DNA of 63,096 bases, filler included. It is 14 parts of 14 records of this genome, joined end to end, with 100 filler letters (N's around TTAATTAATTAA, not from the genome) between each part and the next. Parts side by side here need not be neighbours in the genome. Positions count along the whole stretch, not along the records: positions 43,177 to 55,414 come from SRR7504441_23009; 13 more parts are not named here. One strand, 5' to 3'. A program made the translations under genes and the position numbers. Numbering within the stretch: position 1 is the stretch's first letter; every line of letters starts with the position of its first letter. Shown here one piece after another: positions 44,126 to 55,514 of the stretch. Under the pieces are notes generated by a model that was given only the letters and a program-made list of their open reading frames with translations, made no database searches and had not been told where the DNA came from.

Positions 44126-47100
44126 TTACAAGGAGATGCCAGATGGACCCCTTGTAATCTGAAAGTCTGTGTTGGCAATGGCATTGTTGACAGGGAGCTT
44201 TCGTTGTGACAGAACATCACTCATGACACTCAAGAGTCGCGTCACAGCAATGGACGGAGCTTCTCCTGCCCAAACCAGCACATCCGCACCTAAGCTATCA
44301 GCTGTTTTGAGATCAGCAGGCGCGTCAGCACACACAAACACAGTTGGAATGTGTGGATGCGCCTGTCGTCTCCGGCCGACCATCTCACTGTGGGTTGCCA
44401 CAACAATGATCATTTGCACACCAGAGCTGCCGAGCCCTGAGATTATCTCGACCCAATCGAGATTGACCGCAGGCATCTCCATCACGTGTAATCCAGGGGT
44501 CAGACCATACAAGTTGCCACCGAATTGCAGCGACGTCACAAACTCCTCCAGTGGCGGCGCGGTCGGGTTTTGGCCGTCATCATCATTCTGGCCTCCCACA
44601 ATCATCTGCATGAAACTGGTTGTCTTGAGTAGTGCTGAGCAGCTTGGCATCACGACAGAGCCGCCATTGCACACCACGCCGAGCGTGATCTCTGCGAGAG
44701 CGCTTGCTAGCTGTGAAGCGCTTTCGGATACCTGATGCACTGCGATTTGGAGCTGGCCCAGCGTGCCGGGCGAGCGAACCGGTGGCGGGTGCACTGCTAG
44801 TCGGCGGGTGGCCCAGTCTGTAATGCTCGTGCCCACCTGGTCGAGCCCGCCCCCGAGCTGGAGCGAGAACCAGCCAAACAAACTTGACAGGTCGACCGAG
44901 TCTGGGAGCCGCTCTGAGAGCACGCTGTAGAAGAAGTCGTTGTGGGTCTTCTCGCAGCCGTGCTCTAGCAGCAGCCCGAGCTGGACGGCCGGGTTGAGCA
45001 TATGCCCCACAAGCACCCGACTCGACAACGAGCACTCAGACGACCCGCAGCCTTCCGAATGCGGCAGCGCCACGCACCGTATGCCAGCTTTGCCGCCTTG
45101 CTCAAGAGCGCGGTTGACTTTTTGAGCAATCATTTGGGCAGGTTGTGAAGAGCACAGCGAAGTGGGGACTATCAGGATCAGCCGCTCGGCGCATAACTTG
45201 CCATTCAGGCCGGGGATGGCCGATTGGCTTTCCCAGGCTAGATACTCGAACGGCAACGATGCCGGCGCCGCTTGCTGGATTTGGACCGGCTCTGCTGTCC
45301 GCGGCTGCTCGCCCCAGCCACTGGCAGTTGCCTGGCCAGCCGGCTGGCCCCAGTTCCGCCAGATGATCAGTTGGGAGTGCCCAGCCGCCTCGCCACAGGT
45401 CTGCTCGCCACAGGCCACCCGGAGCATCAGCTCAAACGTGTCCTGTCCGAGCTGCTCCATCGTGCGCTGCCCGAGCAGGTACTGGCCGGCGTCCACATCC
45501 ATCTCGTTTGAGAGCATCTTGTACCTGCGCAAGATGAGCAGCTGTTAAGCGGGGGGCACCTGGTGGAGGTGGACACGATCTTGATTGTGGGCACAAACGG
45601 GAAGTTGGTCACGCTCCCGTTGCCGGTCGAGAAGAAGACCACGTTACACCCGCTCGCCACCTGGCCGGCGATGCTCTCCAGGTCGTTCCCCGGGCTGTCC
45701 ATGAACCCAAACTGCCCGCCAGCTCAGCCCCGCGCTGCAGCCGCTCGCCTTGTTCGGGCCAGCCTTGCGCTCGAGCTGCTCGCCATACTCTACACACGCG
45801 TCGAGCGGCACCTGCTCGTGTCGCTTCATGGCAGCTCCTAGCGACTTGATTGAGATGTTGTACAGCCCGCGAAACTTGTTCCCACCAGACGGATTGCCCT
45901 CCGGCGAGGCCCCGTGCCGGTGCGCCCAGCTCCGGAACCGGTCGATCAGCCCAACAAACTGTTGGGCTGTGTCGGCCGAGCTGCATTTGGCCAGGACGTG
46001 GCTCTCCGCGGTCATCAACTCGTCGGTCTCAGCCAGCAGCGCCGAGCTGCCACAGGGCTCAGTCGCACTGGCAGCTGAGGGCTCACCCGCCGTGCCGGAT
46101 CAGCAGCCTGGAGACCTCGCCGATCAGCGGGTTGGATGATATGCCGGAGAAGGCATCCGACCCGCCGCACTGCTGGGCGAGCGTGAGTCGGCCTGAGCCG
46201 ACCGGGGTGCGGCCCATGCTCCGGACGGCCGGGATCATCTGCCCGATCAGCTGCTCGCCGGCGGCCAGGTCGCGCTCCCAGTGGCCGGTCAGTCTGAGCT
46301 GTCGGTGCTCGAGATGCTCAGTAGGGTAACCGTGCTCGGCCATGTATTCACTGAGCAGCGCACCGCTCACCAGCCCGCCCGCGTCCACCAGCAGCGCGGC
46401 CGCCACGTTCGGGTGGACCACCAGCCCGGCCAGCGTCCTGAGCAGCAGCTGGGTGTGCGCCGGGTCCTCGGCCTCCAGCTTGCCGCCCTCAGTGTGCGCG
46501 CAGCCCACCACCCCATCACACTCCGGGCAGTCGTCCGTCAGCGCGCTCGCCCTGGATTCGAGAGCCCTCACAAAGCTCCCGGCCAGGCTGGTCAGCCCGA
46601 ACAGCACCACGTAGTTCCGGGTGCCCGCCCCTCGCCCGCCGGCCCGCTCGAACCCCTGCCACTCCCGCTGGCTGGCCGCCCGGGCCATTGGGGCCGCCGG
46701 CTCGAACTGGGCCGGGTCGAACTGATAGCTCTTGACGTGGTCCACGAAGTTGGCCGCCGGGGGCAACTCAAACTCGAGCCGGCGCAGCTTGAGCGCCTCC
46801 AGGATCGACTGGTTGCGAGCGTACTCGCCCGGCCCGATCGGATCGGTGGCGAACCCGAAGGTGAGCCCCCACGAGAGCAGCGGGGCCTGGGCCGGGATCG
46901 GGACCGCGGCCAGCCTGTGCCCCTCGAGCACGGTGTACGGCACCGAATGCACCTCGCCCGGCCCGATCGGGAACAGCACCTTGGTCCCGGCCTCGATCTG
47001 GCGGATGGCCACACCCACGTTGTCGCCCGGCGCCGGCAGGATGGCCACCTCGGCCAGCGGCACTGCCCCGGAGGCTTGGGCCACCGCCGGCGGGCTCGAG

Positions 47101-47147
47101 CTCTCATCGCCGTAGCCGATTTCCACCCGCGGCCGCTGGCTGCTCAT
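44126..47147 (-). CDS. UxaA/GarD-family (altronate/galactarate) dehydratase with SAF domain and tandem duplicated core; 3 introns
   Basis: SAF GDNVGVA...[56 protein letters not shown]. Second module PTSLC, PHSEGCG, HGCEK. Introns 46047-46086, 45712-45748 (GC-AG) and a 35-nt intron near 45525-45559. Confidence 0.9.
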
Positions 47148-47262
47148 CACCGCAGCGGCTCGACAACGGAAACTGAAACAACGGACGGATCCTCTCAATG
47201 AAAGGAGCAGACTGGCTGAGGCTCCGTTGGGATGAGCTAGAGGGAAGCGCACGAGGGCCGGG

Positions 47263-48768
47263 ATGAAGTTCGGCAAGTCGCTCCAGGCGGAGATGGTCCC
47301 GGAGTGGGCGGCCCACTACATTGACTACAAGGGGCTCAAGAAAGTGGTCAAGGAGCGCATGTTCGAAAGCCTGTGCCGGACCGACGACGTGACCGACCTG
47401 CTCGGAGTCAACATCGTCGGGTCGGACGTGGAGATATTCTTGAGGAAGCTGGAGCCGCAGGTCCAGAAGGTGCACAAGTTCTTCCAGTCGCAGCTCTCGA
47501 TCGAGCAGCGTAACGTGACCGACCTGGAGGCCGCGGTGGCCGCCATGAGCCTCCAGGCCCCGGGCGGACGGGTGGCGGACCCGCAGGGCAAGATCCAGGG
47601 GATGCTGAGCCAGGTGGGCCTGCTGATGCTGCACGTGGGCCACCTGGAGAAGTTTGCGCACCAGAACGAGGAGGGGCTGCGCAAGATCGTCAAAAAGTTC
47701 AACAAGATCCTGGGGACCGAGCTGCTGCACGACAACTTCAGCCGCAACTGCAGCTTTCACCGGAACGCCCGAACCATTCCATTGGTCACCATCAAGGCCG
47801 GTACCTGCTGCATCAACAACACACTGCAGCAGTTGCTGCCCACATTTGCAGTGCCGAGCCCCAGGTTGGAGCTGAGCCGGAGCCTGACTGAAGGCGAGAT
47901 CGACCTGCCCGCGTTGCAGAGCCACTTCCACCAGCCGCTCAAGGAAGCGGCCAAGGCGTTCGGTGTGTGTGTGACTGTGTTCAAAAGGATCTGCCGCTCG
48001 CAGGGGATAAAACGCTGGCCGGCTCGACGGGTCAAGATGGTCCAGGCAAAGAAAGCCAAACTGTGCAAGCGCATCGGGATAGAGCAGACCGCTTTCGACG
48101 CGATACAGCCGTCGGGGGAATCGGACCCGACTGGCGAGGCGATGCTGCACCAGCTGCAGCAGGCGTTTGAGGAGCAGATCCCGGCTGGCAAGAGGAGGAT
48201 CAAGATCTGGGACAAGCTCAACCAACGGAAGCTGACTGGGATGGCCGCCCCGCTCGAGGCCAACTTGGAGGAGTACCTGAAGAAGCATCCGGACCGAGAG
48301 CCGTATGCAGGGCAGGACGGGCAGCAGTCGCAGCGGTCTGACAGGTCGACGGATTGCGGTTCTGTGGGGCTTCAGGCGGATCATCTGCGAAGCATTGTGG
48401 GTGCCAACCAGAACTCGGCCAATCGTGAGACCAAGCACGAGATGCAGATCGCCGAGGCTGCAGTCGAGCTGGGCAAGAGCCTCGTTGAGACTAAGCTAGA
48501 GGCAAGAGTCTCGCTCACAGAGCCGCCAAACAGCTCAGACGTGCAGGCGCTGCTTGCCAGCTCGCCTGAAGCGAAGCCGGTCTCAGTGACCTCTTATTCT
48601 CCATCACTGTCCTCGCACAGTGCTGTGCTTGCCAAGTGTGCTCCCTCCCCCCACAATGCTAGTGCGGAGCACCCTGCAGAGAATATTTGTGTCGAAGGGC
48701 TACTGGATGCTGTGCCGAAGCCACATCCTGATACGCAACCTGACCTGCCACTGCTGATGGATCTGTGA
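47263..48768 (+). CDS. SPX + RWP-RK + BRK-like domain protein (putative phosphate-sensing transcription factor)
   Basis: MKFGKSLQAEMVPEWAAHYIDYKGLKK...EGLRKIVKKFNK (SPX); LQSHFHQPLKEAAKAFGVCVTVFKRICRSQGIKRWPARRV (RWP-RK); RIKIWDKLNQRKLTGMAAPLEANLEEYLKKHPDREPY (BRK-like); single exon. Confidence 0.88.
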   Translation: MKFGKSLQAEMVPEWAAHYIDYKGLKKVVKERMFESLCRTDDVTDLLGVNIVGSDVEIFLRKLEPQVQKVHKFFQSQLSIEQRNVTDLEAAVAAMSLQAPGGRVADPQGKIQGMLSQVGLLMLHVGHLEKFAHQNEEGLRKIVKKFNKILGTELLHDNFSRNCSFHRNARTIPLVTIKAGTCCINNTLQQLLPTFAVPSPRLELSRSLTEGEIDLPALQSHFHQPLKEAAKAFGVCVTVFKRICRSQGIKRWPARRVKMVQAKKAKLCKRIGIEQTAFDAIQPSGESDPTGEAMLHQLQQAFEEQIPAGKRRIKIWDKLNQRKLTGMAAPLEANLEEYLKKHPDREPYAGQDGQQSQRSDRSTDCGSVGLQADHLRSIVGANQNSANRETKHEMQIAEAAVELGKSLVETKLEARVSLTEPPNSSDVQALLASSPEAKPVSVTSYSPSLSSHSAVLAKCAPSPHNASAEHPAENICVEGLLDAVPKPHPDTQPDLPLLMDL

Positions 48769-49209
48769 GCTCACATGTACAACTGAATTATAACTTATAT
48801 AATGAGCAAGAGGACATAGGAGAATTGGCTGATCTTTTGTTGATCTACGAGCACTCATGTTATGCCCCGTTGACCTGCCGTTACTCATGTTACGGTTGGT
48901 TTCTAGTTGGTTTAGCTAACACATGAATATTATACTAAACATAAATGTTTTACGTTTGTCTAGTGGCAATATTTAAGCCGATTATGGTTATCATACGGTG
49001 TGTATGCGCTTTAATAACGCTTTGCAAGTATTTCTCTGTGAGTTTTCATAACCTTAAATCTAGCTAGAAACATGAATAAAAATTGCAGTTGCTCAATGCA
49101 CGTTTGCCTTGTACTACAGTGTAACTACAAGAGCGGCGAGCGCTTCGAGCTTGCCAGCAGCTGACAATTGTAAGAAGCTGCCAACTGTTAAATGCATCAG
49201 CCTACTTGC

Positions 49210-51205
49210 TCAGCATTTCCAAATGCGACAAGTGTTATCTTTTGACCCTACACAGAAAGTCATCAGTACCACCGCCAGTTGCACTATACAATCCGAGTGG
49301 CAGGCCACTTAGGCTGAATAGATATGAGCAGCACCTGTGATTACTGTGTCGCCCTCGTAGTTGAAAGCACAGGAGAAAATCTCATCTGTGTGACCCTCCA
49401 TCACTTGCAAGCATTCGCCACTTTCACAGTCCCATAATCGCGAAGTCTTATCCGAGCTTGCCGTCAAGATTTTAGTTCCTTGAGGATTGAAACACACCTG
49501 GACAGCACGAAGTGGATTACGACCTTCGTACTACTGCACCTTAGAAATCTCTCCCTCGTGACCGATCAGAATAGCCAAGCATGCCCCAGTCATCGTATTA
49601 TAGATCCGAGCAGAGCCTGAAACCTCTGCTCACCATCCGGTCCGGACGCACGGGTTCACCGTCTGCCGATGCAGTCACCAACTTGCTGCCTGATGTGTTG
49701 AAGCACACATCAAGGATCTCGTCCGTGTGGCCTCTGCACACCAAGCTTTAAGAGCTTGCCCCACATGCTGCTGCAAACCTCAATGTGTTGACACATTCCC
49801 CTGTGTTGCAGTTCCAGATCTTGGCTGTGCGGTCCTGCGCACCTCGTTACACGGCGCGCAACGGGGCCATGCTCACAATGCTGCCTGTCAACGCCAGATC
49901 CCCAGTGTAGTTGAATTGGACACTCGAAATTTCACCACCGTGGCCAGCCAGTGTGAACATGCACCTGCAGCAGCAGATCAATCGCAAAGACAAAACAACC
50001 CCAGCGGCGCAGTATAGTGGCTCGACTTACTGCCCGGTTCGGACGTCCCAAACTTTGGATGTATGATCGAATGAGCCAGTCATGATCTTTTCTCCAGTCG
50101 TGTCAAAGCACAGGCTCACAATCTCGGCAGAGTGGCCCTGTCGAAGCTGTGAGCAACTCGAGCTCTAACGGGATGTTCACCAGCAAGGTTGACAGCGATT
50201 CCCCAGTATCAACATCCCACAGCTTGGCTGTGCTGTCCATTGAACCCGTTGCAACAATGGTGCTCTGCACCCGTTCGTGAGCACAGCACACACGCAGTTG
50301 GATCGGACCTGCGGGTTGAACGACAGGCATACGATCTCAGTCTGATGACCTCGCAGCGTGGAAATTAGCTCCCCAGTGTGAGCATCCCACAACTGCCCAG
50401 CAGCATTCAGCCATTTGCGGCCCTGCAGCAGCACCTTGCATGTTTTGTCAAAGGAGCCGGTAATGATCTTATCCCTACCATTAGACGCTCAGCCCAGCAG
50501 CGCCTATCCCCCTGGTGGCACCCGTAGGGATTGTTGAATGCGATTGCGTAAACTACATTCTTGTGCCCCTCCAGCGTCAGCAGCTCTTCGCCAGTGTTAG
50601 TGTCCCAGACTTTGCACGTTCTGTCGTAGCTTCCGGTGATGAATCTGTCGTCCGATCAGTCGGTGCTCTGGACAGCAGCCCCGACCTGTCGCCGGACTTG
50701 TTGAACGCGCAGTTGGTGAGTGGCAGGATGTGCGCCCGCAAGATTTTAAACAGGTAAAAGTTCTGGCTCTCGTTCAACTCTTGCTTCTCGATCAGCTCTG
50801 GGATACCCCCAGTTTCAGCCGACGCGCCAGCCGGTGCGTCTACGCACTGAAAATCAGCTTGCGGAGCTGAGAGCGGCGGCTCTCTTTGATGAGCGGCTCG
50901 TGCTGGATGATCTGGTCCAGAATCAGCTCGACGTCGGTCCTGGGCCAGCTCGCTCGTACTGGTTCGGGCCAGCCGGCGGCGCACTCGGCGCTCAGATTGA
51001 GCAGGTCGATCGACTTGTTGCGCAGCTCGTTGGCTTGCTCGTACTCGAGGATGATCCCTGGCCCTAGGGTCAGCAACCACTGCGCGCCCCACTGTCGAGC
51101 CGCGCACCAGGGGGGTAGTATCTGCAACCAGCCAGTCACGAGTGAGTGGGCAGCCCCGCCGCGCAGGCCGGCCGCGCACCTCAGCAGGAACCGCTTTAGC
51201 TTCAT
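49210..51205 (-). CDS. DAW1: Dynein assembly factor with WD repeats (ODA16/WDR69), intron-rich
   Basis: [97 protein letters not shown]. Confidence 0.95.
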
Positions 51206-51372
51206 CCTGTCAGCGGGCCCCACCTGTCTCGAATTCGATCCAACTCGCTTTTCTACTTTGGGGGGCAGCTGAGCAAGTTGAGGACGCGCAGCTGAGCCTT
51301 GGGTGCCTCCCAGCGGCGCGAGCGCTGGGCGTGCGGCGTGCGATGTAGGGCAGTGACCGGCTCAGGTGCCGG

Positions 51373-53346
51373 ATGGTAGCACGGGAGCAGAACCCGTCGG
51401 CGTCTGGGGAGCTCCCACACGAAGCGGATGCTCCGGAGGTCGAGGCCACGCTGCTGCATCCAACGGCTGATATCAGCGCGGAGGGAGACCGGGTGCCATA
51501 CGCGGAGGAGGATCAAAGGTGGCAGCAGCCGAGCTGGCTGGGCACCCGCTCCTGGGCGAAAAATGCGACCTCAGCCGCCATGGTCATCAAGGCCCTCAAC
51601 CAGCGAGCCAAGGCAGTCCACGACCAGGGGTTGAGCCTCATGCGCGCAGCTGTGCAAGATTGGGTGGCAAACTCGGACGCAGCGGCACACACCCAGGGGG
51701 GTATTCGAGGTCTCGCCCTGCGCATCGTGGACTGGGAATACTTCGAGACTGTCATTCTGGTGTGCATTTGTATCAACTGCGTTCTTCTGGCACTGTACGA
51801 CCCCTTGAATCAGGATAGGTTCCAGGAGGTCACCAAGCACATTGAGACGGCCTTGCTCTGCATTTTTGCTCTGGAGATTGTGGTCAAGATGCTGGCCTAT
51901 GGTGTGTGCGGTGGCAGGAGAGCCTTTTTCCGCAGTGGCTGGAACTGGTTGGATCTCTTTGTGGTGTTAGTTGGAATCCCAGGCCATCTGTTTGACGATG
52001 CAAGTGACGCTGAGTCATTCACAGTCGTGAGATGCTTTCGAGTTCTCCGGCCTCTCCGAACGATTACACGAGTACCTGGTCTGGCGGTGCTTGTTGAAAC
52101 ACTACTTGAGTGCTTCAGCGGAATGCTGCCTGCACTTGTGATCTTCATGGGTTTCTTCCTCCTATTTGGCGTCACAGGTTGCCAGATGTTCATGGGACAG
52201 CTGAATCAGGATTGCTATGATGCCAGCACACACGAGCTAGATGTAGCCTGGGGTCGCAAATGTGGATACATTGATTGTCCTCAGGGCGACATTTGCGCAG
52301 TATCACAGACGTCACCAAACTTTAACACGACGAATTTCAACGATGTGTATCATGCCATCATCACTATCTTTGTCGCAATGACACTTGAAGGCTGGGTTGA
52401 TGTCATGTATGCACTGCAGGATTCGTATTCTCTTGTAGCAGCAACTATTTACTTCCTGCTTATAGTTTTGATTGGCTCATTCTGTGTGCTTCAACTGACG
52501 ATGGCCATCGTCTCGAACCAATATGAAGTCCATTCAAATGCAATGGAGGAAAAGAAGCGTCTCGAAGATGCTAAACTCGCCCAGACCACAGTTGACCAAG
52601 TCACTCCTAAAGAGAACGAGAAAGACTCTGCGACTGTCGTTGAGCCGAAGCAAGATATTACAGAGGAGAAGCAAACATCAATTGAGAGTGCTATCGAGCA
52701 AAAGCAAGATATCACAGAGGAGAAGCAAACATCAACCGAGCTCTCAGATGTTTCAGATGGCTGTACAGCAGTGTAATCCGCCAAATACGTGGGCCAACGC
52801 CAATATGCATTTTGATGACATTGGGAATGCCTTACTAACGCTGTTCCAAGTTGCGTCGCTTGAGCTATGGCCAAACGTGATGTACAGGTCTCTCACTGCC
52901 AGCCTGACTGCCTAGTGTGTTCTAGTGTCATGTATTCTGGTCCAACCTGAACCTATCCTGATTGGCAATTGAGTACTGTGGTGTACAGTACTATGGATGC
53001 ACCGTCTGAGATCGGGCAAGCCCCAGAGGAGAATGCCTCCTGGTGGGCGGCATTCTACTTTGTTTTTTATGTGTGTATTGGATCATTTCTTATTCTCAAC
53101 CTCTTCATTAGTGCCGTGGTCGACACATTTGAAACAGAGCGAGACAAGGCCACGGGTATGGTGCTTTTGACAGACTCGCCAATATCAGCTTCACTTTATT
53201 CCGATGGAAAATTCCATTTCATGGAGGTCTTCATGGCGCTAGCTAAGTTCGAGTACGGTCCAGAAGAGATCTTGAAGCTGACAGGTATGTTAATTGGTTT
53301 GAGCTCTGGGTGCTTCCATTACACCGAGAAGCCTGCAATCGGATGA
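51373..53346 (+). CDS. Voltage-gated Ca2+/Na+ channel-like gene, internally deleted (repeat I complete, then pore/S6 fragment, then C-terminal fragment); possible pseudogene or misassembly
   Basis: FETVILVCICINCVLLA, RSGWNWLD, S4 VRCFRVLRPLRTITR, pore TLEGWVDVMY; after TAA 52776, FDDIGNALLTLFQVASLELWPNVMY and IGSFLILNLFISAVVDTF, then DGKFHFMEVFMALAK. Confidence 0.75.
52641..52740 (+). repeat. 54-nt tandem duplication in the channel linker
   Basis: EPKQDITEEKQTSIESAI / EQKQDITEEKQTSTE; CAAGATAT recurs at 52651 and 52705. Confidence 0.85.
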
Positions 53347-53617
53347 AATAGCTTTCAGGTCGGTTTGAGATGATTTAGAGATGATTGTACATACATTGAA
53401 GTAGGCTGGAACATAAGTAGGTTGGTTTGGTAGATTGAAGTAGGCTGGAATATAAGCACAAATTTATGAGTTTAATTGTAAACCTGAAGTCAAGTAATTA
53501 AATACAGTTTTCTGATACAAGTCAAGGGCTCATTGACAACTACTTGTTCCCAAATCATGAGAGCTAATCATGAGAGCTACGGCCATGAGCACATGGATTG
53601 TGTCACACGATCTGACA

Positions 53618-55163
53618 TCATACGGCGGGGTTCCTGTACAGATAAGGAAGATCCTTCCCATCAGTGATCTCTCCTTGCCGGTGCAATCTATTCTCCTCGT
53701 TGTGCACTGCAACTTTCACTGCAGGCATCCCGTGTCGGCCAAACTCTGCAAGCAGCCAGCAATTAGCACCGTGCTGTCCAACCACCACACCAAGACTTAC
53801 TTTCATGGTCGTTTGGGTCGAACTTCTTGGATTTCTTTTCAACGATTTCAGCCAGCGACTTGGTCGAGTGTTTCTGTCTCAGGTTCTGTCAACCCAAAAC
53901 AGTTACTAGAAAGGCGCCCTCAGGCTGCTGGTTCACCGGGTTCATCTCTAACAGCTCTTCCGCCACTGCCCGTGACAACCGCGACACTCTGCTCTTCTTA
54001 GATTCAGCACTGCACACCTGCAGAGCAGTCTCACACGCTGCAAGTAAGACTGGCAGACCGAGCCATCCCACTCCTTGTCCCCCGCCGCCTCTGCGGCCTC
54101 TTTCTCGCGCAACGCCGCGCTCATCGCCGTGTGCACCGACCCGGCGGTCATCGCAGTCTGCTCGCTCATTATTGTTGGCTGCTCCTCGTCCGGCTCTGCC
54201 TCGTCCTCGCTCTCCAACTCTGAGATGCGAGCTTTGGCTGCAGCAAGTGCCTCACGAAACTCACAGTCGTCCATATACTCGTCGATATCCAGCTCCTCCG
54301 CGAACTGCAGCAAGTCCTCCACCTCTGCCTCCTCGGTCACCTCATTCTCAGCCTCTGTCCGTGCCCAGGCTGGCTTGTCGACAGCTGGCTTGGACTCCTG
54401 CTCCGGCTCCGGCTCCGGCACCTTGGCTTTCTGGTCAGGAAGTTTGCTGTGCAGCTCTTCGACGATGTCCTTGTTCAGCTTAGTTTTGAGCTCGCCAAGC
54501 ATCTGCTCCTTGGACAGGATCGCACCCGCTGCAGCTGGACCTTGCACATCGTCGATGTTGGCCATGTTTCGCTTGATCTGTCTGATTTGGTCGCGCACCT
54601 TCTGCGAGTCTTCCGCCAGCTGACCAGAACGATCGGCCACCCGGCCGGCCGGGGCCCGGTACCTGCTTGCGTTGCTCCTCCTCCTTCAGGCGCTGTGCCT
54701 CCTCCTCGATCAGCAGCTCCTTCTTAAGCTGCTGCAACGAGCGTAGCCAGCGCCTGTGATTAGTCATCGCCGGATTCTTGGGTTTCGCTGCACCACCAGC
54801 TCAGTCCGGACCCCAAGCGCTGGGCTTGCCTGGCCGGTCGCCATCGGAGACGGGGCGCGGCTTCCGGATAGGATTTAGCCCGAGCTGCTGCGGGGCGTTC
54901 ACCGCGGTCAGGAAGGGCTCTGGGTGCCCGCTGTCCCATGCGCTGGCCAGGGTGCTGGCCGGCCGGGCGCACCCGTAGTCCGGGGCGTGAGTGACCACTT
55001 GGATCCCAGGGCGGTCGCAGAGCATCACGCCCTTGTAGTTGGATGAATAGTTGTTGTCGGACGGACCAGGAGCCGGGGCCGTGGCAGCGCCGCTGTGATG
55101 ATCCGACAGGGAGGCCCCCGCCTCGGGGGCCATCCTCATCGACATCATCACCTCCTTCGACAT
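53618..55163 (-). CDS. Hypothetical coiled-coil protein, multi-exon
   Basis: NYKGVMLCDRP, NHRRWLRSLQ, KPAWARTE, DLLQFAEELDIDEYMDDCEFREAL, C-terminus LPYLYRNPAV*; the ORFs are linked by short GT-AG introns. Confidence 0.65.
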
Positions 55164-55514
55164 CCCGGGTCTCTCCCTTTGCCGCCCAGTGCCAGTGCCG
55201 GTGTCTGGGGCTATTTGTGGAATAAATATTATTCGGAGCGATCTGAAAATCCAAATGCCCAGACGGACCTCGCGACGGCTGTCGGGTCAGGAGCCGGAGG
55301 CGCTGCCGGAGGCCAGCTACCTGGCCGGGAGCCGGTGCCAGCCTGCTGCCCGTTGCCGACTCAGCCCTGGCCAGGGCGCTCCGGCTGCTGCAGGCCGAGC
55401 CCAACCAGCCCCCCNNNNNNNNNNNNNNNNNNNNNNNNNNNNNNNNNNNNNNNNNNNNTTAATTAATTAANNNNNNNNNNNNNNNNNNNNNNNNNNNNNN
55501 NNNNNNNNNNNNNN

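Noticed and set aside
44126-47147. Bacterial contamination as the source of UxaA or GH78
   Set aside because: Both carry host-style short introns and share contigs with eukaryotic genes.
47104-48438. Long antisense ORFs (also 846-1499, 33305-34441, 46281-47201)
   Set aside because: These are shadow frames of GC-rich genes with no recognizable motifs.
53395-53455. Short direct repeats in 3' regions (ATTGAAGTAGGCTGGAA x2; also ATCGGTAGAGTTAGC x2 at ~20642 and ~20778)
   Set aside because: Two copies only, with no element structure; consistent with local duplications.
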